Under the pieces are notes generated by a model, which saw nothing but the letters and a program-made list of their open reading frames with translations, ran no database searches and was not told where the DNA came from. The translations under genes were made by a program, and so were the position numbers. Shown piece by piece: positions 1 through 7,521 of a DNA stretch of 18,319 bases. Origin of the DNA: a virus (taxonomy: Duplodnaviria > Heunggongvirae > Uroviricota > Caudoviricetes); IMG/VR virus record IMGVR_UViG_2695420565_000013. One strand, written 5' to 3'. Numbering within the stretch: the stretch's first letter is position 1; each line of letters opens with the position of its first letter.

Positions 1-101
1 CCTCCGCTATGTCCTTGACGTCATAGCCGACTGGCCGATAAACCGGGTCGGCGAACTGCTCCCCTGGCGCGTAGCACTGCCGACTGAATAACACATCCCC
101 G

Positions 102-248
102 TCAATACGGTTCTTGCTGCACGCTTACGGAGATATTCACGCAGGGAAAATATCTTTCCCCCTCCGGTGTTCTCACCACGAAGCCGCACGACTCCGCTGG
201 CGCACATCGCCGGGCGTGCGCCAGAATCGCTGATTCTGTCTCTGTCAT
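102..248 (-). pseudogene. K: Tail tip assembly protein K (lambda gpK-like), N-terminal fragment only: 48 codons then TGA at 102-104
   Basis: ATG at 246-248 lies 5 nt after the L stop. Translation MTETESAILAHARRCAPAESCGFVVRTPEGERYFPCVNIS matches the lambda gpK N-terminus as I recall it, then diverges (VSVQQEPY*). No JAMM/MPN HxH motif follows in any frame. Confidence 0.55.
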
Positions 249-253
249 GGGAT

Positions 254-952
254 TCACTGCGAAAGTTTGTTAATGGAAAGGAAGCCGCCAAAGTTGCCGA
301 CGTTATTGCGAAACTTACAGCCGCTCAGGCATTTGCTGCATTTATCCTTCGTGATATCGGAGGTCGGCTGGTCATATTCATCCGCGACCGCCGGACCGTG
401 ATAACCGCACTCATCACCGCGATAGGTCCAGGTGCAGGTATTAGCCAGCATGATGCGCCCCGGAAAAACAGCGCCGTCCGTTTCCGTCGGCGTGGACAGT
501 ACAAAAGAGGCACTCACCGCGCTCAGTTCGCTGCACTGCTCGATGCGCCAGCGGCTGATCACCTCCTGCTCCGGATCGGCGTCACTGTTTCCGTTGACGA
601 AGTTCACCGCATCCAGAAAACGGGCGTAAACCTTACGCCGGACCACCGTTCCTCCGACCAGACTCTGCAGGTCTTCCGCCATCCCGGTGACCATGCCGTG
701 CAGGTTAGAAACCGTCAGTGTCGGACGGGCAGCACTGCCTTTGCCGTTCAGTTCAAATCCCGTCCCCTGAATGGGATACGCCTGATACTGTCGCCCCTGC
801 CAGGTGACCGGCTCACCTTTATCGTTCTGCTCATTACAGAAAAAATAACGTTCTCCACCGACCACTGTCAGATCGATTTCCCAGAGCACCACCAGGGCTG
901 ACTGAGTGAGGCGTGTCGTCTCATGATGTGTTTCCTGTGGAATATCCTGCAT
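254..952 (-). CDS. L: Tail tip protein L (lambda gpL-like, 232 aa, C-terminal Cys cluster)
   Basis: ORF of 232 aa, MQDIPQET...CSKCLSGCKFRNNVGNFGGFLSINKLSQ, near-identical in length and sequence to lambda gpL as recalled. AGGAG Shine-Dalgarno 6 nt upstream of ATG 950-952. Confidence 0.9.
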   Translation of the reverse strand: MQDIPQETHHETTRLTQSALVVLWEIDLTVVGGERYFFCNEQNDKGEPVTWQGRQYQAYPIQGTGFELNGKGSAARPTLTVSNLHGMVTGMAEDLQSLVGGTVVRRKVYARFLDAVNFVNGNSDADPEQEVISRWRIEQCSELSAVSASFVLSTPTETDGAVFPGRIMLANTCTWTYRGDECGYHGPAVADEYDQPTSDITKDKCSKCLSGCKFRNNVGNFGGFLSINKLSQ

Positions 953-961
953 CAGAGACTC

Positions 962-1291
962 CTATGCCACGACCTGTTCAAAATCTGCCGTTATGGTTAC
1001 CCACAACGCCCCCACGCTTGCCGACCATTTACGACAAACCACCCTGATCGGCTTCCAGTCATAAGGTGGCGTCCACTGAAATGCGCGGACGCCACCGTGC
1101 CGTTCCAGAAAGGCTTTTAAAGATGGGTGTTCACATTTACGAACACGTATCGTCACGCTGTAAATCGACAACTGGTTATTCAGTCCCGCCGCACGACGCT
1201 GTTCATAACCATCGCCCAGCTTCACTGTCACCACTTTCGGCTCTGATACCACATTCATATCCGGGCGCACTTTCCAGTGAAATGTCTCCAT
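962..1291 (-). CDS. M: Minor tail protein M (lambda gpM-like, 109 aa)
   Basis: METFHWKVRPDMNVVSEPKVV...FQWTPPYDWKPIRVVCRKWS...ADFEQVVA parallels lambda gpM (MKTFRWKVKPGM...EFEQVVN). The start ATG overlaps the upstream stop as TAATG. Confidence 0.9.
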   Translation of the reverse strand: METFHWKVRPDMNVVSEPKVVTVKLGDGYEQRRAAGLNNQLSIYSVTIRVRKCEHPSLKAFLERHGGVRAFQWTPPYDWKPIRVVCRKWSASVGALWVTITADFEQVVA

Positions 1292-2898
1292 TACCGATAT
1301 GCTCCACTTAACCGACCACCATCACGGGCCTGCTGTTGCATAAAGTCCGCTGCCGCTTTTTTCCCAAGGTCATAAACCACCTTCAGGGCAGCCGGACCTA
1401 TCTGCCCGTTCGTGCCATCGTTATTGATCTCGATGTTGTACTGCGGGGCAAACATCGCCATACCTGAACCACCAATATCCGCCACAACCCCCAGCTTACC
1501 GTCAGCACCACGACGCAGTGGCAGAATGGCTTCAGGTCCAGCTTCCCCCATCACACCCGCGCCTTTTGCAAAAGCAAAAAACGTCGGACGGTTAACCACC
1601 GTGCCACTGTAACGACTCAAATCAGCAGACTGATAAATCCCCCCATTGGCATTCAGGGAAAGGCTGCTGAGATCAAATCCCAGTACACTGCCAATCCCTT
1701 TTATCGATTTCATCATGGTTGCCTGCGCCAGGATTTTCGCCATATCTGACAGCACCGAAGAGGTGAAGGATTTGAAGTTGAGTTTGCCGGTAGTGACAAA
1801 AGTTGCCAGGCCATTTCCCATGTTGCTGAAGGCTGATGAGAACACCTGTTCTGCTGTTCCTGCCGTATTGTCTGCATCCACGGTAAAATCCTGAAATGCA
1901 CGCAGGACTCCGTTTTTCCAGTTACCCTGCACAACTTCAAGCTGTTGCCAGTAACGGCGATTCTCATTCAGTTGTCGGTTCAGGCTCTCCGTCAGCGCCT
2001 GCTCGGCCTTTCTGTAGTCATCCGTGTTATATGTCCCTTTCTGCTCACTATCCCGCCTCAACTGCTCCAGCTGTTGCTGGTATTTCTGGCGAAGACTCAG
2101 TTGTACCTGATATCGCTGCCGCTGCTGATCACCCATACCCACCGTGGCGATATCCAGGTCATGTTGCTGACGCTGAGCGCGCTCTTCTTCAGCCAGTTGA
2201 CTGGTCAGCTGAATTGTTTTTTTCTTCAGATCGTTGAGTGCCGTTTGTTTCTGAAGCTCCTGCTGTTTTACATCCAGCAGCGTCAGTGCCTGCATCAGTT
2301 CATCTTTACGGGCCAGCACACTCTTTTCATCTGCCGTCAGTTTTTTCCCGTCCAGATCGCTGATGCGCTGCTGCAGAGCCAGAAGCTGTTTATGCGCTTC
2401 TGTCATCTTTTCAGTGGCAATGCCTGCTGACTGTCTTGCAGCAGCAATCTGTCCTTCCACCTGTGCCTGTTGCTGACTGTACTGCAGCAATAACCGGGTG
2501 GCCTCATCATTACGGGTTTCGCGTGTTTTTTTCTTACCGGATGCCAGGGCTTTCTCGTAACGTTCATTTTCACGTTGTATCGCCGCATCCCTGACAGCCT
2601 GGTCGGCGTACTGCATGGCATTAATACGCGCAATTTCACGCTGATGTCGTGCTGCTTCCGTTTCATTCATCCGGTTCAGTGCAGCATTTTCAGCATTACG
2701 TCGTTTCTGTTGCTCCTGATAATTCCGCTCTGCCTGCTCTTTTGCATCCTGCAAATCCTTCTGGCGTTTTTTCTCCTGAAGATCGTTAAGACGCTGCTGA
2801 TCGTATTCAACCTGAGAAGATGATGCGTCTTTTCGCCCGCGATACTTTCTCCTGTAAAGCGGTAATCTGTTCATCCAGCGAGTCTTCACGACCAATAT
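1291..2898 (-). CDS. H: Tail tape measure protein, C-terminal portion; in +1 frame relative to the N-terminal portion (frameshifted, possible pseudogene)
   Basis: 534-codon open frame with a long coiled-coil (Q/E/K/R-rich) region and a Gly-rich C-terminus, ending by overlapping the M start. It has no plausible start of its own: the frame opens just after a stop at 2899-2901. Confidence 0.7.
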   Translation of the reverse strand: MLVVKTRWMNRLPLYRRKYRGRKDASSSQVEYDQQRLNDLQEKKRQKDLQDAKEQAERNYQEQQKRRNAENAALNRMNETEAARHQREIARINAMQYADQAVRDAAIQRENERYEKALASGKKKTRETRNDEATRLLLQYSQQQAQVEGQIAAARQSAGIATEKMTEAHKQLLALQQRISDLDGKKLTADEKSVLARKDELMQALTLLDVKQQELQKQTALNDLKKKTIQLTSQLAEEERAQRQQHDLDIATVGMGDQQRQRYQVQLSLRQKYQQQLEQLRRDSEQKGTYNTDDYRKAEQALTESLNRQLNENRRYWQQLEVVQGNWKNGVLRAFQDFTVDADNTAGTAEQVFSSAFSNMGNGLATFVTTGKLNFKSFTSSVLSDMAKILAQATMMKSIKGIGSVLGFDLSSLSLNANGGIYQSADLSRYSGTVVNRPTFFAFAKGAGVMGEAGPEAILPLRRGADGKLGVVADIGGSGMAMFAPQYNIEINNDGTNGQIGPAALKVVYDLGKKAAADFMQQQARDGGRLSGAYR

Positions 2899-4345
2899 TC
2901 ATGGCCGCATCCCAGAAACGACTCCACAAATCAGACAGATACTTCAGCGTACTGCCAAGCGCATTGAGGTTATTATCAATATCCGCAGTACGCCGACCGG
3001 TTTCCTCTGCCAGTGCAGACATGGCTATCCGTGCAGCATCACTGGACCGTCCCTGATCCCCAAGGACACGTATCTGCTCAAGCTGAGTGGCAGTAAGAAA
3101 ATGCAGCTCATTGTCCAGAGCCTTCGCGGCATTTACAGGATCATCCTTCAGCCGCTTAAACTGATTTATGGTATCGCTGACCGACTGGCCAACCGATCGC
3201 TCCATCTGTGCGGCAGCTCTCGCCACCATACCGATATCGTTTCCACGAAATGCACCACTCCCCACCACCTGCGCCAGCGCACCGGCTGCAGCATGTTGCG
3301 TGATACCATTCCCGGAAATAGCACGACTGAGCGTCCACAGCTGCCCGGCAGTGACTCCGGCATAATGCCCCGTCAGCGACAACTGGCGGTTAAATTCTTC
3401 CCCCTCCTTCTGACCGTCATACCAGGCTTTACCCAGACCATAGACGGCCGCGGCAATACCGCCAATAACCCCGCCAAGCATCATGCCTTTCGGTGACATC
3501 AGTGTGTCTATCCATCCGGCACGGTTAGCCAGCGTTATCCCGGATCCCCTCAGCGCCCCTAAATTGCCGCGGGCCAGTTCACCTATCAGAACGCCTATCT
3601 CCTGGCGGGCTGCTGCACTTTTCAGACCCAGCGAATGCGTGGCTTTTCCTGCCTGCTCCATTTTGCGGATATACACTTCTGCAGCACTGCTTACCCCCAG
3701 CTGGGCTGCCTTGGCACGAAGCAACTCAGAAGATGAAAGATTCTGGCGGGTTGCCTGCTCTTTAAGCTGACGGATAAACGCCACTTTCTGTCGGGTAGCC
3801 TCTTCCTCAGCCTGTGTAAGAACACGGGTTTTCGCAGTAACCTCAGAAATCAGCGCCAGATAATCCTGCTGACCAATCCCGCCACTGTTTCTGGCCTGTC
3901 GGATCTGCTGCTGAATACGCTGTAATTCCTGCAGCCCCGCACTGGCCTGTTTCACACTGTCAATCTGACGATAAAACGCAGCAGCCGCTTTATCCTGAGC
4001 CTCCGCCAGAGCCATGGCCTGCGCCTGTTCCTCGCGCATTTTCTGGCTCAGCGCCTCCATGCGCTGGCGGGTTTTCTCCACCTCGCGGGCCATGCGTTCA
4101 TGAGCCTGTGCGTTCTTCTCCACCGTCTGCGCATGGACGGATGCGGCTGTTGCAGCCGAAGAAGTCGCCTGCGTTGTCTGCCGGGCGGCCTGAGTCTGAC
4201 GCTCCATAAAACGCTGCATACGGGCAGACGACCGTTCTGCATCGCTGGCGGCACCATTCAGAAGGTTTTTGATACGGGGAATTTCATTTTTAAACTCTGC
4301 CGCATCAATCCCCAAATCAATGACCAGGTTGGCTATCTGGTCCAT
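2807..4345 (-). CDS. H: Tail tape measure protein, N-terminal portion (ends at TGA 2807-2809, 89 nt into the other frame)
   Basis: ATG at 4343-4345 preceded by GGAGGT (7 nt spacer). The product MDQIANLVIDLGIDAAEFK... has a coiled-coil N-terminus and a Gly/Ala-rich hydrophobic segment (GMMLGGVIGGIAAAVYGLG) typical of tape measure proteins. Position between G/T and M matches lambda H. Confidence 0.75.
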   Translation of the reverse strand: MDQIANLVIDLGIDAAEFKNEIPRIKNLLNGAASDAERSSARMQRFMERQTQAARQTTQATSSAATAASVHAQTVEKNAQAHERMAREVEKTRQRMEALSQKMREEQAQAMALAEAQDKAAAAFYRQIDSVKQASAGLQELQRIQQQIRQARNSGGIGQQDYLALISEVTAKTRVLTQAEEEATRQKVAFIRQLKEQATRQNLSSSELLRAKAAQLGVSSAAEVYIRKMEQAGKATHSLGLKSAAARQEIGVLIGELARGNLGALRGSGITLANRAGWIDTLMSPKGMMLGGVIGGIAAAVYGLGKAWYDGQKEGEEFNRQLSLTGHYAGVTAGQLWTLSRAISGNGITQHAAAGALAQVVGSGAFRGNDIGMVARAAAQMERSVGQSVSDTINQFKRLKDDPVNAAKALDNELHFLTATQLEQIRVLGDQGRSSDAARIAMSALAEETGRRTADIDNNLNALGSTLKYLSDLWSRFWDAAMNIGREDSLDEQITALQEKVSRAKRRIIFSG

Positions 4346-4679
4346 AACGCACACCTCCGGAAATACCTTCCCCAAGATGCATCAGTTCTTCGTCCGTTCG
4401 CTCCGGTATCCCGTTCTCTTCCGGTAAAAGGCTGAAATCAGCCACCGCAGCATCACTGCTGCCGGACACCATTCTCACGATCAATGCCTTCAGCGAGGCA
4501 AACTGCGCATCCATCCACACATCACTGAAGCTCTGCATCCGGAAATAATCGCCCCACTCACCAAGCTCAGTGGCCGACATTTCCGACAGCATCCGCCGCC
4601 AGTCTGCCCGCCGGAACTCCCGGGCAAGCCGCATGACAAACTGCATTTCCCGCGTCAGGACTTTTCCGGCGTCAGCGCC
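4317..4679 (-). CDS. T: Tail assembly chaperone T domain, probably made only as a G-T fusion by -1 ribosomal frameshift near the end of G
   Basis: The -1 frame relative to G is open from 4679 to 4317 and overlaps the last codons of G. Its internal ATG at 4646 has no usable Shine-Dalgarno. The arrangement mirrors lambda G/GT. The likely slip site is the A AAG lysine codon (mRNA CCGGAAAAGUCC; + strand 4658-4669). Confidence 0.55.
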   Translation of the reverse strand, partial: GADAGKVLTREMQFVMRLAREFRRADWRRMLSEMSATELGEWGDYFRMQSFSDVWMDAQFASLKALIVRMVSGSSDAAVADFSLLPEENGIPERTDEELMHLGEGISGGVRYGPDSQPGH

Positions 4680-5044
4680 TCATGCTCATCATCCCCGGCA
4701 TTATCAATGGCCCCCATACCGCTCAGCGACAGAACCATCTCCGCCCCCGCCCCCAGGGCATCATACGACCATGTTGTAATAACGGATGCGCAAAGCGTCT
4801 CTACATCCTTAGACTGATCCGCATTCCACAGTGAGCGGGAAACCAGCCAGGCATTGATATCCATCCCCATCCGCAGAAAAGCAATCTGTCGTTCAGCCTC
4901 CGGCAGTTCTCCCTCCCCGGCATCAAACTTTGCCGTTCGCTGCTGAACAAACGCCAGATATTCAATTCTCTGCAGCCCGGACAGCTCACTGAGCACCACG
5001 GACTGTTTTTCATAATTAAACGTGTCCTGTTTCAGAAACATCAT
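4655..5044 (-). CDS. G: Tail assembly chaperone G (lambda gpG-like)
   Basis: MMFLKQDTFNYEKQSVVLSELSGLQRIEYLA... versus lambda gpG MFLKTESFEHNGVTVTLSELSALQRIEHLA...; located between V and the tape measure gene. Confidence 0.85.
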   Translation of the reverse strand: MMFLKQDTFNYEKQSVVLSELSGLQRIEYLAFVQQRTAKFDAGEGELPEAERQIAFLRMGMDINAWLVSRSLWNADQSKDVETLCASVITTWSYDALGAGAEMVLSLSGMGAIDNAGDDEHEALTPEKS

Positions 5045-5057
5045 GTTCTACACCTGC

Positions 5058-5081
5058 AAAAAAGCCCCGGATAACCGGGGC
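5058..5081 (-). terminator. Intrinsic terminator between major tail gene V and G
   Basis: Minus-strand RNA reads GCCCCGG-UUAU-CCGGGGC (7 bp GC stem, 4 nt loop) followed immediately by UUUUUU. It sits 20 nt after the V stop and 14 nt before the G start. Confidence 0.6.
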
Positions 5082-5101
5082 AAATGATGAGTATCGTCCT
5101 G

Positions 5102-5845
5102 TTAACCTGCGGCGCTGACAGTCACCGCAGCCACAGCCACAAAATTCCCGTCAGCGGTCATGCCCACAATGCTGACACTGCCCTGCTTCACGCCTTTCAC
5201 CGTGGCCACAAGCCCGTTCAGGGTCACCGTGGCAGTCTGTGGATCTGACGAATGCACACTGATCGCTTTGTCACTGGCTCCGTCAGGTTTTACTGTAAAG
5301 GTCAGCGTGGTGGTTGCTCCCACATTGACACTGGCAGATGCCGGTGCCACCGTCAGCCCGGTAACGCCCACGATTTCAGTGCCTTCCTCTGCCAGATACG
5401 GACGCCCCACACCGCTGATTTTCACTGTGCGGGTCATCACGTCTTTTGAGGCAATGGTTTTACCCAGTGAACTCAGCCAGCCACGGAAAACATCAACAGT
5501 ACCGTTGGGATATTTGATACGAAAAGCGCAGACTTCACCGGAGTCGAACAACTGAACCAGTTTTTTCTGCCCGCTGTCCCCCGGACGCCAGGCCAGCGTC
5601 GCCGAAGTATCACCGACTGATTTCTGCCCCTGGGTTGTCGTTTTCCAGTCTGCATCTTCATCATCGAGATAAGTGTCATCTTCTGCATCAGCGGTCATTT
5701 CGCCAGGTTGCAGATCCTTCACCATCGCAAGACGCAGCCAGTCAGTGTCCGATAAAGGGTTCGCAAACGCATCGCCCTTGCCGGTATACATCCAGAACGT
5801 CGTTCCCGCACCTTTCGTTTTTGCCAGTGGATTTGGTGTGGTCAT
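5102..5845 (-). CDS. V: Major tail protein V (lambda gpV-like) with C-terminal Ig-like (Big_2-type) domain
   Basis: From ATG 5843-5845 (AAGGAGG 5 nt upstream): MTTPNPLAKTKGAGTTFWMYTGKGDAFANPLSDTDW...YLDDEDADWKTTTQGQKS...NGTVDVFRGW... closely parallels lambda gpV. The ORF-track extension upstream (MIMRWPP...) overlaps U and is rejected. Confidence 0.9.
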   Translation of the reverse strand: MTTPNPLAKTKGAGTTFWMYTGKGDAFANPLSDTDWLRLAMVKDLQPGEMTADAEDDTYLDDEDADWKTTTQGQKSVGDTSATLAWRPGDSGQKKLVQLFDSGEVCAFRIKYPNGTVDVFRGWLSSLGKTIASKDVMTRTVKISGVGRPYLAEEGTEIVGVTGLTVAPASASVNVGATTTLTFTVKPDGASDKAISVHSSDPQTATVTLNGLVATVKGVKQGSVSIVGMTADGNFVAVAAVTVSAAG

Positions 5846-5855
5846 TACCACCTCC

Positions 5856-6257
5856 TTAATTCGTGTACGTGATCTGGTACGTGATTTCCGCCATCGCCCA
5901 GGTGGCCATCTCATTATCACGTTGATAGTTAAAACCGAGTGGGATCAGGGTGTCGATGAGTCCGGAAAGTGCTGGTACATCATTCAGGGCCGGGAAAATG
6001 GTGCTCTCCATCCACATATCCAGCTCTGAATCCGGTGCCTGTGCCCGGATGAAGACAGCAATATGCAGAACAGCCTGCCAGTCATCTTCATCCGTCATTT
6101 TTCCGGTGTACTGAGCATCACTCAGCCACACCGCCACGGCAGGCAGTTCCTGCGCATCAACAAATGCCGGAAGCCCGTCAAAAAACGTGGCGCTGTCTCC
6201 ACACTGTTCCCGAAGGCGTGCCAGTACGACCTGGCGGATTTGTGTATGTCGGTTCAT
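5856..6257 (-). CDS. U: Tail terminator protein U (lambda gpU-like)
   Basis: MNRHTQIRQVVLARLRE...ATFFDGLPAFVDAQELPAVAVWLSDAQYTG...ELDMWMESTIFPALNDVPALS parallels lambda gpU (MKHTELRAAVLDALEK...ATFFDGRPAVFDEADFPAVAVYLTGAEYTG). ATG at 6255-6257 overlaps the Z stop as ATGA; an upstream ATG at 6269 is also possible. Confidence 0.85.
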   Translation of the reverse strand: MNRHTQIRQVVLARLREQCGDSATFFDGLPAFVDAQELPAVAVWLSDAQYTGKMTDEDDWQAVLHIAVFIRAQAPDSELDMWMESTIFPALNDVPALSGLIDTLIPLGFNYQRDNEMATWAMAEITYQITYTN

Positions 6258-6832
6258 CGGGTCAGCCATAACCTCAGTTGTTGTTTCAGTGCATACCCCA
6301 GCTGTTTCGGCATTTCCGCAGCAATGATGCGGTCGCGGGCATCTTCAAATGCCTGTGTCAGCGGTCCGGACAGCGGGATTTTCACCACATCAATGGGGTA
6401 ACGATTTTTGCCATCAATACGCCGCATCACATGCCAGCGACCATTCGCCAGTTGCTGAATAAACGCATCCCGGAAAAGATATTTACCCACCTTCAGCACA
6501 CTGCCACGGTACTGCAGTTTTCCACCACGCCGGGCCAGTCTGACCCGGGCTGTCCCCAGCTTAATGGCAGGCAGATTGCCCCGGTTAACGCGGATCCTGG
6601 CCGTCATTTTTCCTGACGGACTGGCTTTAAACACCCGGACACGCTGACGTACCAGTTTCAGGGGGATCCCTTTCACCTGGTTATCTCCCGCAACGGTATT
6701 CCCGGCAACCTGCCGGGTGGCAACCGAGACCGCTTTCTGTGCCACACGGTTTATCGCCCATGCGCTGGCCTGTGGCACCATACGGGTATCAAGGCTGTTC
6801 AGATTGCGGATGGCATTCTCAAGCCCCTTCAT
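6254..6832 (-). CDS. Z: Tail completion protein Z (lambda gpZ-like, 192 aa)
   Basis: 192-aa basic protein lying between the FII-like gene and U, as in lambda. AGAGG Shine-Dalgarno 6 nt upstream of ATG 6830-6832. Assignment rests on size, position and recalled family features. Confidence 0.75.
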   Translation of the reverse strand: MKGLENAIRNLNSLDTRMVPQASAWAINRVAQKAVSVATRQVAGNTVAGDNQVKGIPLKLVRQRVRVFKASPSGKMTARIRVNRGNLPAIKLGTARVRLARRGGKLQYRGSVLKVGKYLFRDAFIQQLANGRWHVMRRIDGKNRYPIDVVKIPLSGPLTQAFEDARDRIIAAEMPKQLGYALKQQLRLWLTR

Positions 6833-6843
6833 CCCACACCTCT

Positions 6844-7119
6844 TTACTCAATAAAGATCATTGGCTTACCGTTAAAGCGTTCATGCCGTGTGACCGTCCA
6901 TTGTTGTCCGTCATAAACAACGCGATCCCCGCGCCGTGGGCGGTATCCCGAAGAAAACACCACCAGAGAGACCGCAGGTCCGGACAGAGCATTCAGCTCT
7001 GCCAGTGTTTCTCCCGGGATCACAGTCATATCGACATCATTAATCGAGGCTGTCTTTCCCATCTTTCTGACCGTGATAGCATCCATACGCGCTGCCAGCC
7101 GGGAAAAGGGATCAGACAT
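6844..7119 (-). CDS. Head-tail joining protein (lambda gpFII-like)
   Basis: 91-aa protein with ...MGKTASI...VVFSSG...RRGDRVVYDGQQWTV..., resembling the gpFII pattern (..MGTSATI.....LFV....RRGD.L.......W.V). Position immediately before Z. Its start overlaps the upstream gene by 8 nt. Confidence 0.55.
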   Translation of the reverse strand: MSDPFSRLAARMDAITVRKMGKTASINDVDMTVIPGETLAELNALSGPAVSLVVFSSGYRPRRGDRVVYDGQQWTVTRHERFNGKPMIFIE

Positions 7120-7435
7120 TGAGTTTTACCGGCACTTCTTCTGCACTGGTTCCGGCATCTGCCCAGACAACCCCGACCAGCGGATCAGAGCCGCTGTTAG
7201 TCAGCTGAACTTTTCCGGACTTCAGATAAACCTTCTTACCCGTTTTCATGTCATCCGTTTTCAGCTTAGGCAGCATAAACACACCTTCGGTCATGCCGTC
7301 GCCTGTTTCACCCTGTGGAATATCGGTCAGCGCCACCGCAAAAACATCGCCCACCTGCACCAGATCTCCGCTGCTGATGGCTGCACTGGCAACAATCGCC
7401 ACCGTTTTTCCTTCTTCTACAAAATTCTTTGCCAT
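7112..7435 (-). CDS. Small head-associated protein, DUF2190-like (107 aa)
   Basis: ATG at 7433-7435 with GGAGA 5 nt upstream: MAKNFVEEGKTVAIVASAAISSGDLVQVGDVFAVAL...GKKVYLKSGKVQLTN.... The ORF-track TTG start at 7480 is rejected. Composition and position (just after the capsid gene) fit DUF2190 proteins; function unknown. Confidence 0.5.
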   Translation of the reverse strand: MAKNFVEEGKTVAIVASAAISSGDLVQVGDVFAVALTDIPQGETGDGMTEGVFMLPKLKTDDMKTGKKVYLKSGKVQLTNSGSDPLVGVVWADAGTSAEEVPVKLNV

Positions 7436-7477
7436 AACTGTCTCCGCACAGCCCCGTTCAGGGGCTGATTTCAGGTA

Positions 7478-7498
7478 CAAAAAAAGCCCTTACGGGCT
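7478..7498 (-). terminator. Intrinsic terminator immediately after the capsid gene
   Basis: Minus-strand RNA AGCCC-GUAA-GGGCU (5 bp stem, GNRA-type tetraloop) followed by UUUUUUU, 24 nt after the capsid stop codon. A second U-less hairpin (CAGCCCC-UGAAC-GGGGCUG, + strand 7449-7467) lies just upstream of the next gene's Shine-Dalgarno. Confidence 0.5.
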
Positions 7499-7521
7499 AT
7501 CAGAGTTGTTGTCTGCGACGT

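Noticed and set aside
7-291. 94-aa minus-strand ORF overlapping the K/L junction
   Set aside because: It is in a different frame from the K start, which is positioned correctly after the L stop; it overlaps the L C-terminus and shows no similarity to K.
167-901. 244-aa plus-strand ORF
   Set aside because: It lies antisense to the well-supported gpL gene, with no recognisable motifs or ribosome binding site; long antisense ORFs are expected by chance in GC-rich coding DNA.
1945-2430. Plus-strand ORFs antisense to the tape measure gene (for example 1896-2237, 1945-2430, 2575-2823, 3101-3496)
   Set aside because: They are low-complexity mirror images of the coiled-coil-coding tape measure sequence, with no start context.
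5846-5920. N-terminal extension of the V ORF (MIMRWPPGRWRK...)
   Set aside because: It overlaps the U coding region; the internal ATG 5845 has a near-perfect AAGGAGG Shine-Dalgarno and yields an N-terminus matching lambda gpV.
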